Assembly: GCF_006345805.1 (NCBI RefSeq)
Contig: NC_043005.1
Span: forward strand, 96,596,001 to 96,660,000
Origin: Octopus sinensis
Taxonomy: Eukaryota
Length of the DNA stretch: 64,000 nt
Direction of reading: 5' to 3'
Below the pieces are notes generated by a model that was given only the letters and a program-made list of their open reading frames with translations, was not told the origin of the DNA and did not search any database. Of the stretch, positions 23,791-36,055 are shown one piece after another. Both the position numbers and the translations under genes were made by a program. The first letter of the stretch is position 1. Each line of letters opens with the position of its first letter.

Positions 23791-24337
23791 GAGGAGAGAG
23801 TATTGCATTGCCATCAAAGTGAAACTGGGGTAAAATATACGAAGCCCAGTATACCATCAGGACTAGCCGTTTGATAAGGGTACACTAGGCACATGCATCA
23901 CAACCATATGTGCCTGACATGGTGATCTCAAATCAAGATAAACAGCGCATGACCTTGCAGGTGGGGAGCCCAGTTAGAATTTTCTTCAGGTTGAGTAGCC
24001 CATCCCGCTCAAAGGTCCTGAATAAGGGTTGTTAAGGATGTTGAACGAACCACCCATGTTTCCAGAGATGAATTATTAAAACCCCAAAGAATCCCTCTCA
24101 ACACATGGCTATGATGCTCCCCCACTACTTCTGCTCGTGATCAGCGATGCACATATCGTCAGCCACTAAGGGACATCCTCAACTGGCTAAAGTCTGACAA
24201 GCAAATCTGTGGTATTGAGCAGAATATTTGCTGTAGCCCATCTTTTATACCAAGACAAAACAATGTACGTGATAACACTTTCAATCAGTTAAGATCAGAA
24301 GCCAGGAGAGCTACTGTCTGGTACTGCATCAGGGCAT
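23791..24337 (-). mobile_element. ~545-bp (TAA)n-embedded element, copy B
   Basis: High similarity to copies A and C. ATT repeats on both sides. Strand is relative to copy A. Confidence 0.85.
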
Positions 24338-24360
24338 ATTATTATTATTATTATTATTAT

Positions 24361-24911
24361 TGAGTGAGAGAGCAGTTCATGCCATCAAAGTGACCACTGG
24401 GGTAAAATACAGAAGCCCAGTATACCCATCAGGACTACCCGTCTGATAAGGGTACACTAGGCACATGCATCACACCATATGTGCCTGACATGGTGATCTC
24501 ATATCAAGTAAAGAGCGCATGACCTTGGCAGGTGGGGCCCAGTTAGAATTTTTCTGGTCGAGTAACCCATCTCGCTCAAAAGGTCCCTGAATAGGGTTGT
24601 TTAAGGATGTTGAACGAACTATTCATGTTTCCAAAGGTGAATTATCCAAACCACCAAGAATTCCTTACAACACATGGCTATGATGCTCCCCCACTACTTC
24701 TGCCCATGATCAAGAGATGTACATATCGTCAGCACTAAGGGACATCCTCAATGGCTATGTCAAACAAGTAACAAGCAAATCTGTGGTATTGAGCAGAATA
24801 TTTGCTGTAGCTCATCTTTTATACCAAGACAAAACAATGTACATGATAACACTTCCAATCAGTTAAGATCAGCAGCCATGAGAGCCACTGCTTGGTACTG
24901 CATGAAGGCAT
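24361..24911 (-). mobile_element. ~545-bp (TAA)n-embedded element, copy C
   Basis: Head-to-tail with copy B, separated by (ATT)n, independently diverged. Confidence 0.85.
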
Positions 24912-24950
24912 TTATTATTATTATTATTATTATTATTGTTATTATTGTTG

Positions 24951-25028
<78 letters not shown>

Positions 25029-25381
25029 CCTTCAACATGTATCAGGAAGTAGTAAGTATAAAAGGAAAAAAAGAAAAGAAAATCATCGTTGATGTATCTC
25101 GATCATGACATTCGAATCTGCTCACTGCCGTGGGTAGGGAATTTATTTTCTAGAATAATCTCGTAAAGATGGCTAAATATAACGGAATGAAACCTATGTG
25201 TCAAAATACTGTTGTTTCGTCAAAGCCTGTTCCGTCTTATCTAATCTAATCCCATTCATAGAAACGAATCAGATCTGTTCGATCTCTTTCCTAACGGACG
25301 AACACAAGCATATACACATATATGTAAAGTATACCGTTCGCGCATACATGATCGTGCACTCACATACGCATTCATTCAATC

Positions 25382-25480
<99 letters not shown>

Positions 25481-25765
25481 GTATATATATGTATACCTAT
25501 ATATATATAATATATATGTATATATATGTATACATATGTACGCACACATTCAGACATACATTTAGTTCCTGTTTGTATTCGTATACTCAAACGTTCGCAC
25601 GAAAATATACTACCACATACGTTTATGAATGTTTGTATGTTTCAGTGTGTTTATGTATATGTATATGTAAGAGTGTATGTGTGAGCAGGTATGTATGTAT
25701 GTATGTATGTATGTATGTATGTATGTATGTATGTATGTATGTATGTATGTATGTATGTATGTATG

Positions 25766-25796
<31 letters not shown>

Positions 25797-25870
25797 ATAT
25801 TTATATATATATATATCGCATGAAACGATCGTACTGCATTACCTTTTGGATATCCTTGTTACTTATTTTG

Positions 25871-25916
<46 letters not shown>

Positions 25917-26171
25917 CACACACACACCACACACCACACACACCACACACACACACAAACAAACAAACAAACAAACAAACAAACTTTGGAAGCGTCGAAT
26001 GTGCTTGGTATTTTACAGAGTGGGAAGTAAATTTCGAATGCAGTATGGCTGTGAAAGCAACAGAAAGACTGAGTTCTTTATCTTCCCATCCTATTTGGGT
26101 AAAAGGATAAAATACCCAATCTTTCTGTTGTTTTCACAGCTATACCGCGTTCGAAATTTACTTTCTTGTCT

Positions 26172-26520
26172 CTAATCTATTATACAAAAGTCAATGTCTG
26201 TATGTTCGTATGTTCGTGTGTTACTTATAGATTCGAAAACTACTGGACCGATCCTAATGAAATTTCGAGCACAAAATCCAAGCCTAGGGAGAAGGGTAAT
26301 GCCGTATGTTTAATACAATTTTGAGGGGACATAAAGTGGGGCAGAACCACTTCCCCTGAAAATTCAAAAGCTTCGGATTTTTTTGAAATTTAAACCATAG
26401 GTATTAGAAAATTTTTTTAAAAATATACTCAAAATTTCCATTTCTTTGGATGATTCTAAGACCCTCTAATGGGGGATTAACCAAATTTTAGTCATTTTTT
26501 ATGATCCAAAACTAGGTCAA
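26172..26520 (+). mobile_element. Helitron/DINE-like non-autonomous element, 5' part
   Basis: ATCTATTATACAAAAG start, TGTCTGTATGTTCGTATGTTCG short tandem and GGACCGATCCTAATGAAATTT. Confidence 0.55.
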
Positions 26521-26580
26521 AAGTATTTAATGGATCTTTATGAATATATATATATATTATATATCTATATATATATAATA

Positions 26581-26612
<32 letters not shown>

Positions 26613-26638
26613 TATTATATATATATATAATATTATAG

Positions 26639-26726
<88 letters not shown>

Positions 26727-26829
26727 CATATATATATACGACATGAGGGGTTTAGATCACTGGTGATCAAAACGAATACGTATGGATGTCCCTTTCTTCT
26801 AATGCGTGTATAAGCGTGTTTGTGTGTTT

Positions 26830-26872
<43 letters not shown>

Positions 26873-27174
26873 ATATATATATATATATAATGGGCTATGA
26901 AGACTGTAATCGTCAATAGCTATAAGTAGCAAACTTAAATGCCGACAACCTGAACTAGAAAGAAGAAAATAAGTTAATGGATGAATAAATAAATAAACGA
27001 ATAAACCTGTGACGTTTACTTCATGCGAAACAGATGTTATAACCCGTTGAATGCACCATCTGGTATAGATATGCCTTTGAATGCAAGCATCGTTGAAAGT
27101 ATCTTGAAATATTTCAGAAAGTAAAATAGAGGAAATACTAGAGCTTTAAATATGGAGAAAATGGCTGCTTATTT

Positions 27175-27315
27175 AAGAAGTTAGTTTCATAACCACGTGC
27201 TTTGGTGTCCCCACTTCCACTGGGAGCCATCTTGGGCAAATGTTTGCTTCTATTTGTTCAAGGCCGACCGATGTCTTGCGAACGAATTTGGTGAACGCAA
27301 ACTGTGCAAAAGTTC
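27175..27315 (-). mobile_element. SINE family A, 5' part
   Basis: AACCACGTG..CTTGGGCAAATGTTTGC..GAATTTGGTGAACGCAAACTG, rearranged and diverged. Confidence 0.55.
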
Positions 27316-27393
27316 GTTTGATACATACATACATACATACATACATACATACATACATACATACATACATACATGCATGCATGCATACATACA

Positions 27394-27452
<59 letters not shown>

Positions 27453-27928
27453 ACTAATTCCGTGTGTGTTGCGTTCCATTACTTAATAAATAAAAAAATG
27501 TATGGTAAATAAACAAACGACATAACGTATATTGAGTGTAAAACTGGACGGGAGACAAACACAGAGGGTCCCTAATTCTTCATCGGTTATCAGCCAATTG
27601 GTAATACTCAGTTTCGCACCATTAATGATAAGACTGTGGGTTTCCCATATTGAGAAAGGGAGAAAGCTGGCCGCGGGTCAGTAAGAGAGAGGGAGAGAGA
27701 ACGACAAAGAGAAAAAAAAGGGGAAGGATGAAGTGAGAAAAAAGAGAGAAGAGAAAGGCTAGGAATACAAGTGGGAGAGAGAGCAAAGGAGAAAGTATAA
27801 AGGTTAGAATAGTAGTGTGAGGGTGAGAAAACGAGAAAGTGGAAAACCTAGGATAGAAGTGAGAGGACGAAAGAAAGGTAAGGGGAAAGAATGAAGACAA
27901 GAGAGAGAGAGAGTGCATCACACGGGTA

Positions 27929-27971
<43 letters not shown>

Positions 27972-28394
27972 TATATATTTACACAGAGGCCATCCGGATT
28001 CCCGTTTGCCGCCGTGAACAGGAATTAATCTTCTCTCTTCGCTCTTATACGCATTTGGTCTCAACTCTCCCCCCCTCCTCATCTAACCCCCCTCTCTCCC
28101 CCCTCCTCACCTATCCTCCCCCCCGACCCCTACTTCTTCAGTCCTTCATCCTTTCACCCCTACTCCCTTCCCTTCTTCCCTCTTTCTCTCCTCCCTCCTT
28201 CCCTCTTCCCCTTCCCTCTGCTCCCTCACTCCCCTTCCCTCCCCCTCTCCCTCTTCCTCATTCCCCTTCCCCCCTCCCCCGCCCCCTTCCTTCTCCCCTC
28301 CTCTCTCTCCCCCCCTCTTCTTTCCTCCCCCCTTCTCCCCCTCCCCCTCTTCTCCTCACTACACCACACGACTTTACACATCACATCATATATG

Positions 28395-28730
28395 ATGTGC
28401 CATACTAATACATACACCAACTAATACATACTAATACGTACTAATACATACTAATACATACACCAACCCTATACATACACATGTCCAGACCCCTCATACG
28501 CACTTATACTCTCTCATACACACACACACACTTATACATACTAATACGTACTAATACATACTAATACATACTAATACATACACCAACCCCATACATACGC
28601 ACGTCCAGACCTATCCCACGCACTAATACTCTCTCATACACACACACACACACACCCTTATACATACTAATACATACTAATACATACACCAACCCTATAC
28701 ATACACACGTCCAGACCCCCCTACGCACTA
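28395..28730. repeat. Nested tandem repeat: 10-bp CTAATACATA subunits inside three ~105-120-bp units
   Basis: CCAACCCTATACATACACAyGTCCAGACC recurs near 28462, 28582 and 28688. Confidence 0.85.
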
Positions 28731-28904
28731 ATAGCTGGTCATTCAACCCTATTATCAACCCTATTATCTCCCCTTATTTCGCTCTCGCGTCTCATGTTTG
28801 ATCTTTGACCTCTGGCCGAAATCAGATCGCCATGTTGATTCGTTAGTTACTGCACGCATTTTTTTTTCTCTCCTTCTTTCTGTGTTTTTTTTTCTCTCTG
28901 TGTA

Positions 28905-28942
28905 TCTTTCTGTTGAAGAGCGTAGGCTCGAAACGTTAAAGA
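28905..28942 (+). ncRNA. Minimal type I hammerhead motif (family H1), best copy
   Basis: TCTTT-CTGTTGA-A-GAGC gtag GCTC-GAAA-CG-TT-AAAGA: 5-bp stem I, 4-bp stem II, palindromic AACGTT stem III. Host element about 28840-29040. Confidence 0.7.
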
Positions 28943-29089
28943 CTTGTTTTATTTATATTTCCTGAGCGCCATACTAATACAATTGTTTGTTTGTTTTCCA
29001 CCTGCCTTCGTCTTTTGTCTATTTTCATAAAGCTTCCCGTTATATATATAAGAAATAGGTTTCAAAGAATAAACACTACTCGTGGTATA

Positions 29090-29725
29090 GATAGGGGGAA
29101 AAGTAAAAAGAAAACAAAGAAAATTAGATATAAAAAAAGGGTTTTTAAGAAAAGCAAAGATATATATACATACAAATAGTTGATTTGGGGTGAAGTTATG
29201 AAATATAAAAATCATTATTAGGAATCATTATAGAGATTCAAAGTCATACCGGTATCGTCAGAGCTGATCACTGACTTTGGATGAACACCAGTTTCCAAAC
29301 GGTGTTGGGTCTAATAGTACCTAAGTGAAAAGATTACATGAATGGAGGTAAGCAGTTCTGGAAGTGAAACAATTAAGGTAGAAATAAATACTGGAATATG
29401 TAAGGGATGTATGGCGATTAGTGGGATTATTGGTAAGGTTAGTAGTGTCCTGTATCAAGTTGTGTGTTTATGTAGAGTTGTGGATGATATTTACTGATGA
29501 AAGCTGTCTCTTTAATCTTTGCTGTATTGAGGTACTCTGTGAACATTGATAAAAAGGGAAAATTAGGGAGTTCGGTTAATGATTCATAACAATGATTTTT
29601 ATACTTCATAATTCCACCTCAGATCATCTAATTGTATGTATATATCTTTGCTTTTCTTTAAAAAGCGTTTATTTTTTTTATATCTAATGTACATTTTCTT
29701 TGTTTTCTTTTTAATTTTCCGCTAT
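29090..29725 (-). mobile_element. Penelope-like element end with inverted terminal arms
   Basis: Minus strand QQKIKETAFISKYHPQLYINT resembles the GIY-YIG C-terminal R..KEA..I....P.LN motif. 29092-29230 and about 29575-29725 are inverted copies. CTGACGA at 29255-29261 (minus). Confidence 0.65.
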
Positions 29726-29748
29726 ATATATATATATAGATATATATA

Positions 29749-30660
29749 ATACGAGGGGGTACCCAAAAGTAACCGGAAAAATTCTCTGTGAAATAAGCCC
29801 GTCGTAGTTCAGGCTTCTGCCACTAGAACCCACTTGATGCGACCCTAGGACATCAGTGTGCCGACCGGCGTCGAGTGCAATCGTACTGCCAGGAGCTACC
29901 TCTTTGTTTTGCAGTGCTTCTCCCATCGATTTTTGCGATGGTTGAAACGAAGCGATAGCGTGCTTCCGTGAAATTCTGTTTTCTGCTGGAGTAAAACGGC
30001 GGTCAGAACAGTCATCGTGTTTCAAATAGCTCACAAGGACGCTGCCATGAATAAAACACAAGTTTACGAGTGTTTTTCACAATTTAGGAAAGGTCACTTG
30101 TTGCTTGAAGACCAACCTCATTCGGAGCGACCGTCGACCTACCAACCGAATGAAAATATTATGAAAATTCAAAACTGAACTTGGAGGACCGTCGCTGAAC
30201 AGTTGACGTACTTGTTGATATGACTGATGTGTCCTGGAGTTCCTGCAATGATTTTTGAGCGAGGAATTGCGAATGAAAAGAGTGGCAGCAAAATTTGAGT
30301 CTCATTTACTCACTGAAGATAAAAAGCAGTCACGACTGAATGCATGTCTTGAACTGAAAGAATAGTTGGAAGCTGATCCGAACCTTTTTTCGAAGGTCGT
30401 CACTGGTGACAAAAGCTGGTACTACGGCTACGACCAGGAAACGAAGCAGCAATCAAGTCAATGGAAGCTTTCAATGTCACCACGTCCCCCCCCCCAAGCG
30501 CGTTAAGTGAAGTCCAATGTCAAGACAATATTGATTTGTTTCATCGATCCGAAAGGAATTGTCCACACATAATTTGTTCCTCCTGGTCAAACCGTTAACC
30601 AGACATCTTAGTTGGAGGTTCTGAAGCATTTCCAACAACTGGTTCAGGAGCATCCGGTGG
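29749..30660 (+). mobile_element. Mariner transposon, 3'-truncated pseudogene
   Basis: TIR TACGAGGGGGTACCCAAAAG after TA. VTGDKSWYYGYDQETKQQSSQW (first catalytic D) and KSNVKTILICFIDPKGIVH..FVPPGQTVNQ. Many stops. Confidence 0.9.
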
Positions 30661-30870
30661 TGCAGATGTATCTCGTCGGGTAATAAATGAATATAACTCG
30701 TTGAAATAGCTGTTCCGCAATGTAACTTCCCGTTTTGTAGAAAGAAAAGCAGCCTGACGGAGGAAATATCTTCATTTATATAGAAGATCAAAAATAAAAT
30801 CACATACGGCAAAAAGGGAAACGAACACGCAATCCAGCGAGAAAAGTATTAAAAAAAAATTCATATCTTA

Positions 30871-31169
30871 AGGGCACATGAATGTGCCTGCCTGAAGACA
30901 TAGGAGTTAAAACGCTCATTAAACAGATTCCCGTCCCAATCGTCTCTCTGGCCACGCAATAATAATCACTCCACCCTACTCAGTACTTTCTTCCTAAAAT
31001 GTCGGCCCAGTCGAATTCCATCGTTGCTCATGTCTTTTCCTTCAGGTGTTGATTCACAGAAGTTCAAAAGGAACCTTGATAGAATCAATCTCAATGGTTG
31101 AAGAGTGCATACAAAGGCATTTCACATGACTCACCAACCAACAGACAGGCAGGCACATTCGTGTGCCCT
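30871..31169. mobile_element. MITE-like element with 24-bp TIRs and TA flanks, carrying a LINE fragment
   Basis: AGGGCACATGAATGTGCCTGCCTG (30871-30894) and its inverted copy at 31146-31169 (1 mismatch), TA on both sides. Confidence 0.75.
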
Positions 31170-31559
31170 TATGATATGAATTTTAATTATTACTATATGA
31201 TGCTAATTTAAGCCTGCAACCAATTACATTATTATTGCTGTTATTATCAATTATTTATATTGCCCTCGATAATAATAACAATAATAATATCTATCTAAAT
31301 ATTCACACACGCACATATACACACACGCACGCGCACACACATGACATCAGAACAAGCACCAACTGTACTTTCCAATAAAGATACCACCAACCCCATCTCC
31401 CCATGACCACCACTAGTATCACCACTATCATGAACCACAATTCCATTTCCCAAAAGGTCAAATTAAGTAAGTACAGCATTCGTTGTCAAACTAATTATCT
31501 ATTCATTTACAATTGATTGAGGAGTGAACATAAGGCGTGTGTCAGTAGCTACTAGGTGT

Positions 31560-31621
<62 letters not shown>

Positions 31622-31744
31622 CTAAACATATGGAACGTACGTGTGTGAAACAGACAACCTTGTCCATAGACACAGTACCATATATGTGGAACCGTTTCTT
31701 TGAGTATGTTAAACTTACTCCTTATATATATGGAGTAAGTTTCC

Positions 31745-32040
31745 GTGGCTTAGCAGTTAGTATATTCAGATCACATCATAAGGTCGTGAGTTCGATTCCT
31801 GGCCGTGCGTTTATTTCACGTAGCACCAATTCACTCAGCTGGGAAAATGAGTCGTACTTGTAATTCAAAGGGCCAGTCTTATCATATACTGTGTCACTCT
31901 GAATCTCCATGAGAATTACATTAAGAGTACGCGTGTCTGTGGAGTAATCAGCCACTTGAACATTTGTTTCGTAAGCAGGCTGTTCTGTTGCTCGGATCAA
32001 ATGGCGCATTCGTCATCGTAACCGACAGAGTGCCAGTTAC
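31745..32040 (+). mobile_element. tRNA-headed SINE with tail type 1
   Basis: GTGGCTTAGCAGTTAG A box and GAGTTCGATTCC B box. The 3' half is homologous to 2040-2206. Confidence 0.75.
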
Positions 32041-32122
32041 TTTGAAGGCTAAAATATCAACATCAATGAAAACATGTACCAGCTTTGACTTTTTTGCTTT
32101 TGTGTGTGTGTCTTTTTTTTCA

Positions 32123-32480
32123 TGGTTGGTGAGTCATGTGAAATGCCTTTGCATGCACTCTTCAACCATTGAGATTGATTCTATCAAGGTTCCTTTTGAA
32201 CTTCTGTGAATCAACACCTGAAGGAAAAGACATGAGCAACGATGGAATTCGACTGGGCCGACATTTTAGGAAGAAAGTACTGAGTAGGGTAGAGTGATTA
32301 TTATTGTGTGGCCAGAGAGACGATTGGGACGGGAATCTCTGAGTGGGAATGGAATGAGCCCAGTTAGGTTCAAGGAACTGAATGAGGAGCAGACTTTCAA
32401 TCCCAGGATCATCCACATTCCAAAAAAGGTATATGTCTACGTAGAGCAAATGTAGACTGAGATATGGACAAAATTTCGCG
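32123..32480 (-). mobile_element. CR1/Jockey-like LINE 3' fragment
   Basis: Minus-strand frame TFFLKCRPSRIPSLLMSFPSGVDSQKFKRNLDRINL resembles the SFF.R....WN.LP..VFP......FK terminal motif. Confidence 0.55.
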
Positions 32481-32494
32481 TTTATTATATATAT

Positions 32495-32870
32495 CTCTAT
32501 ATCTATAAAGCTGAAGTTGTCTGTGTGTGTGGCAGGTTTGGTAGCCTTCAACTAACACTATCTCCTCCGAAACCCTGCGGCACAAGTTGACCAAAATTGA
32601 GAGTATGATAGAAGAAGGCTTGCTCTTCCTTCCTTAGAAGAAAAAATTCAAATCAGACCATGTTAACACTGAAAATTATTTACATCAAAAAGGTGCTTTT
32701 TTTCTATGAAAATCCCTATTTTTTACGATTTTTTGACTGCTGTGCCGCCATTTTTTGGCGTATTTCAACCAGAAAATAACAAGCTACATAATGCAAAATT
32801 TAGACAATTTCAAAAATTCCAATTTTAAAGGGTCGAAACAAATCCGAGCAACGCCGGGCGATACTGCTAC
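32495..32870 (+). mobile_element. Non-autonomous Helitron-like element
   Basis: TCTATATCTATAAA start and subterminal CCGAGCAACGCCGGG hairpin, ending CTAC (CTAG-like) before TA. Confidence 0.65.
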
Positions 32871-33913
32871 TATATATATATATATATATATATTTATTGA
32901 TGGAGATTTAAGAAAAAGCGGACGTATGAGATTATGTAGTTTAAATGCTCCTAAAATTGGTTACGGTTTGAATACATTTCATCGACCAAGTTAACCTAAG
33001 ACTGAAAAACAACACAACAACAATTGGGAAACCAGTCCTAGCTGGTCTTGTGTAACCTCAGATCAATATTCATGTAGCAGAATAGGATTGATTAAAAGCT
33101 ACGCAAGTACAACCATTATATCACCGAAGACGCTCCAACCATGACCAAGCAGTCATTTAGGGGAATCTTTAGGAAATTTAACGTGCGGTTCTTTTTTTTC
33201 TCTCTATAATGATGGTTAGGTATGATTTGAGGGAGATTTGGTTTTTATTTACAGCTGATCAAATAACTTCCCAGATGCTTCTCGTTGATTCGAGAAATCA
33301 ATAGTATAAACTAATGACGTCATCAATACGTCGACCGACATTTTGACAACACAAAACCTAATTCTAACTTTGCATATTGGTTGCTTTTGTTTCCATTTAA
33401 TAATTCATAAGTAAAGATAATAAGATTGCTTGTCCAATTATATCTGATGTATTTATAACGTTCTCCTGTAAGCTATTTATTTATTCATTAATTTTATTAA
33501 ACAAATGTCTTATCAAAAATGCATCATTTGTATCCTCTTTGTCTTCATTGTGGCTTAAAAACAAACAAACGTAAGTTTGAAAAGACGTTGTATTTTTCTG
33601 AAAAATAAAAATTTAATATTTATCAATTTATTAAAAAGATAAAATTGAAGGAACAAGTTTAGTAATGTGGTTAAAAGTCTCGTTTTGTACCCGCGTATTT
33701 TGAGTATCTTTTTGAGCAGGTGTCCTTATACGAATAAATACATATCTCTCTAGCAAAATATTAAAGGAGTTTTTATCTCGCTCATTTCTTTATTATTAAT
33801 TATGATAAGAAAAGAAAGTTTGTGTTCATGCTTTTCCCCTTTCCTTCATCTCCCCCCACATAGATACATTTGGGCGTGTGTGCATGTGTTTGTTTATGCA
33901 TATATGTGTATAC

Positions 33914-33983
<70 letters not shown>

Positions 33984-34769
33984 ATATGCATATATGTATG
34001 TGCATGTGTGTGTGTGTGTGTGCCTAAATGGCTAAGAAGATCGCTTCGCAATCACAAGGTCCGGAGCATCTTGAGTAAATGTGTTTCTATACCCTCTTGT
34101 TAACCTGCACACTCTGAGCGAAAATGAATGGAAGAAACCAAATAGAAAACCAAAAGATGGACTACCACTACAATTCAAAAGATAAAGCTTTATCATAAAA
34201 CTCTGTGCTGCAGATTCTACTCGAAAATCACACTATTAGGCACATATTTCTGTGAATTATCCCCAATTATATGCAAATACTAACAGCTGAATACTAACCT
34301 TCGAAACCAATGAAGCTCGAAGTTAACAGGACTGAATGGATATTCCATAGAAGATAAATTTTTTGATATATTTACCGTTATATTCACATTATACTAATTT
34401 AATGATGTCTACTATGAAATATCAAAATGTTTTCGTGTCACTTTTACACTTTAGCTATAGACAGAAGCAGTTTTAAGCCAATTGGACCCCACACCAAGAA
34501 ACGGCCTTACACAGACACTCGAGCGGAGTCGATAAGTTGATTTTTTTGTATATCATTGTGTCGAGCTTTTTGGCTGGGAGTGGCGTACTACGTGAAGCAT
34601 AAAGCATCAATCATCTGCTTTTGTATAGTACAAGCCCCCACTGACAATTCTCTAATTCGGCCCCGCTCTTCCAAGCGCCGGCCCTTCTTATTGACAATAG
34701 TATTGTATTTCTCTTAACTCTTTATAGTAAAATACGCTATAAGGAATTACACGAATAGGAAATATGACA

Positions 34770-34844
<75 letters not shown>

Positions 34845-35005
34845 CCCCTCTCTCTCTCTCACATACACACATACACACGAATACACACGCACATACGTAC
34901 ATATACACATATATACCCACACTTACGCGTATATGTGTGTGTTTATGAATATACATATGCGTATATAAGTAAAAATGTATGCGTATATATATATATATTC
35001 ACATA

Positions 35006-35051
<46 letters not shown>

Positions 35052-35115
35052 TTCGCCATGATACATCGGTAGCCACTACACACATTTTTTTCTCTCCTTG
35101 TTTTTTTCTATGTCC

Positions 35116-35150
35116 CTTTCTGTAGAAGAGGTAGGCTCGAAACGTAAAAG
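35116..35150 (+). ncRNA. Minimal type I hammerhead motif (family H1)
   Basis: CTTT-CTGTAGA-A-GAG gtagg CTC-GAAA-CG-TA-AAAG. Host element about 35050-35222, (TA)n on both sides. Confidence 0.6.
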
Positions 35151-35219
35151 ACTTTTTGAATACATCTGTATAACGCTCTACACCACCTGTCTTTGTCTTT
35201 TGTTTTTTTCGTGAATTCT

Positions 35220-35285
<66 letters not shown>

Positions 35286-35319
35286 GCGTATTTCGTTGGT
35301 AAATGTGTAACAACTATAC

Positions 35320-35456
35320 ATGATATACATATACATGAGATACTATACATGATATACATATACATGATATACATATACATGATATACATATACATGATAT
35401 ACATATACATGATATACAGATACATGATATACATATACATGATATACATATACATG
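35320..35456. repeat. 15-bp minisatellite, about 9 copies
   Basis: CATGATATACATATA unit. Confidence 0.9.
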
Positions 35457-35661
35457 CTCATACGAATGCATTATGTATTTGTTCCATGAATATTCATCTA
35501 ATGAAATTCAGAACCTCTCGCCTCCAGCATAAGTCATGCATTAGTATTAAGTTATATTTCAAATATTTAAATATTCCGTTTATTCCAGGTAAAATATTAT
35601 CGGTGTGGTAATTGCATCTGAAGTTGTGGTTATTATTATTATCATCATCATCATCATCATC

Positions 35662-35747
<86 letters not shown>

Positions 35748-35814
35748 GCTGCCTTTGCTAAGAAAATAAATCAATACCGTAATTATGTTTGAAGTTTACA
35801 ATGTGCGGTTTTCG

Positions 35815-35876
<62 letters not shown>

Positions 35877-36019
35877 CACGGTTACAAGCGACAGCACGCC
35901 GTAATGCTTGGCGTTTAATAATACTTCAAAATAAACATAATCGCCCGAATTTTGAATAAATTACATTAAAATGAAGGTGGCAATCTTCAATTGGTTTGGA
36001 AATGCTAATATATGTAATG

Positions 36020-36023
36020 AATG

Positions 36024-36055
<32 letters not shown>

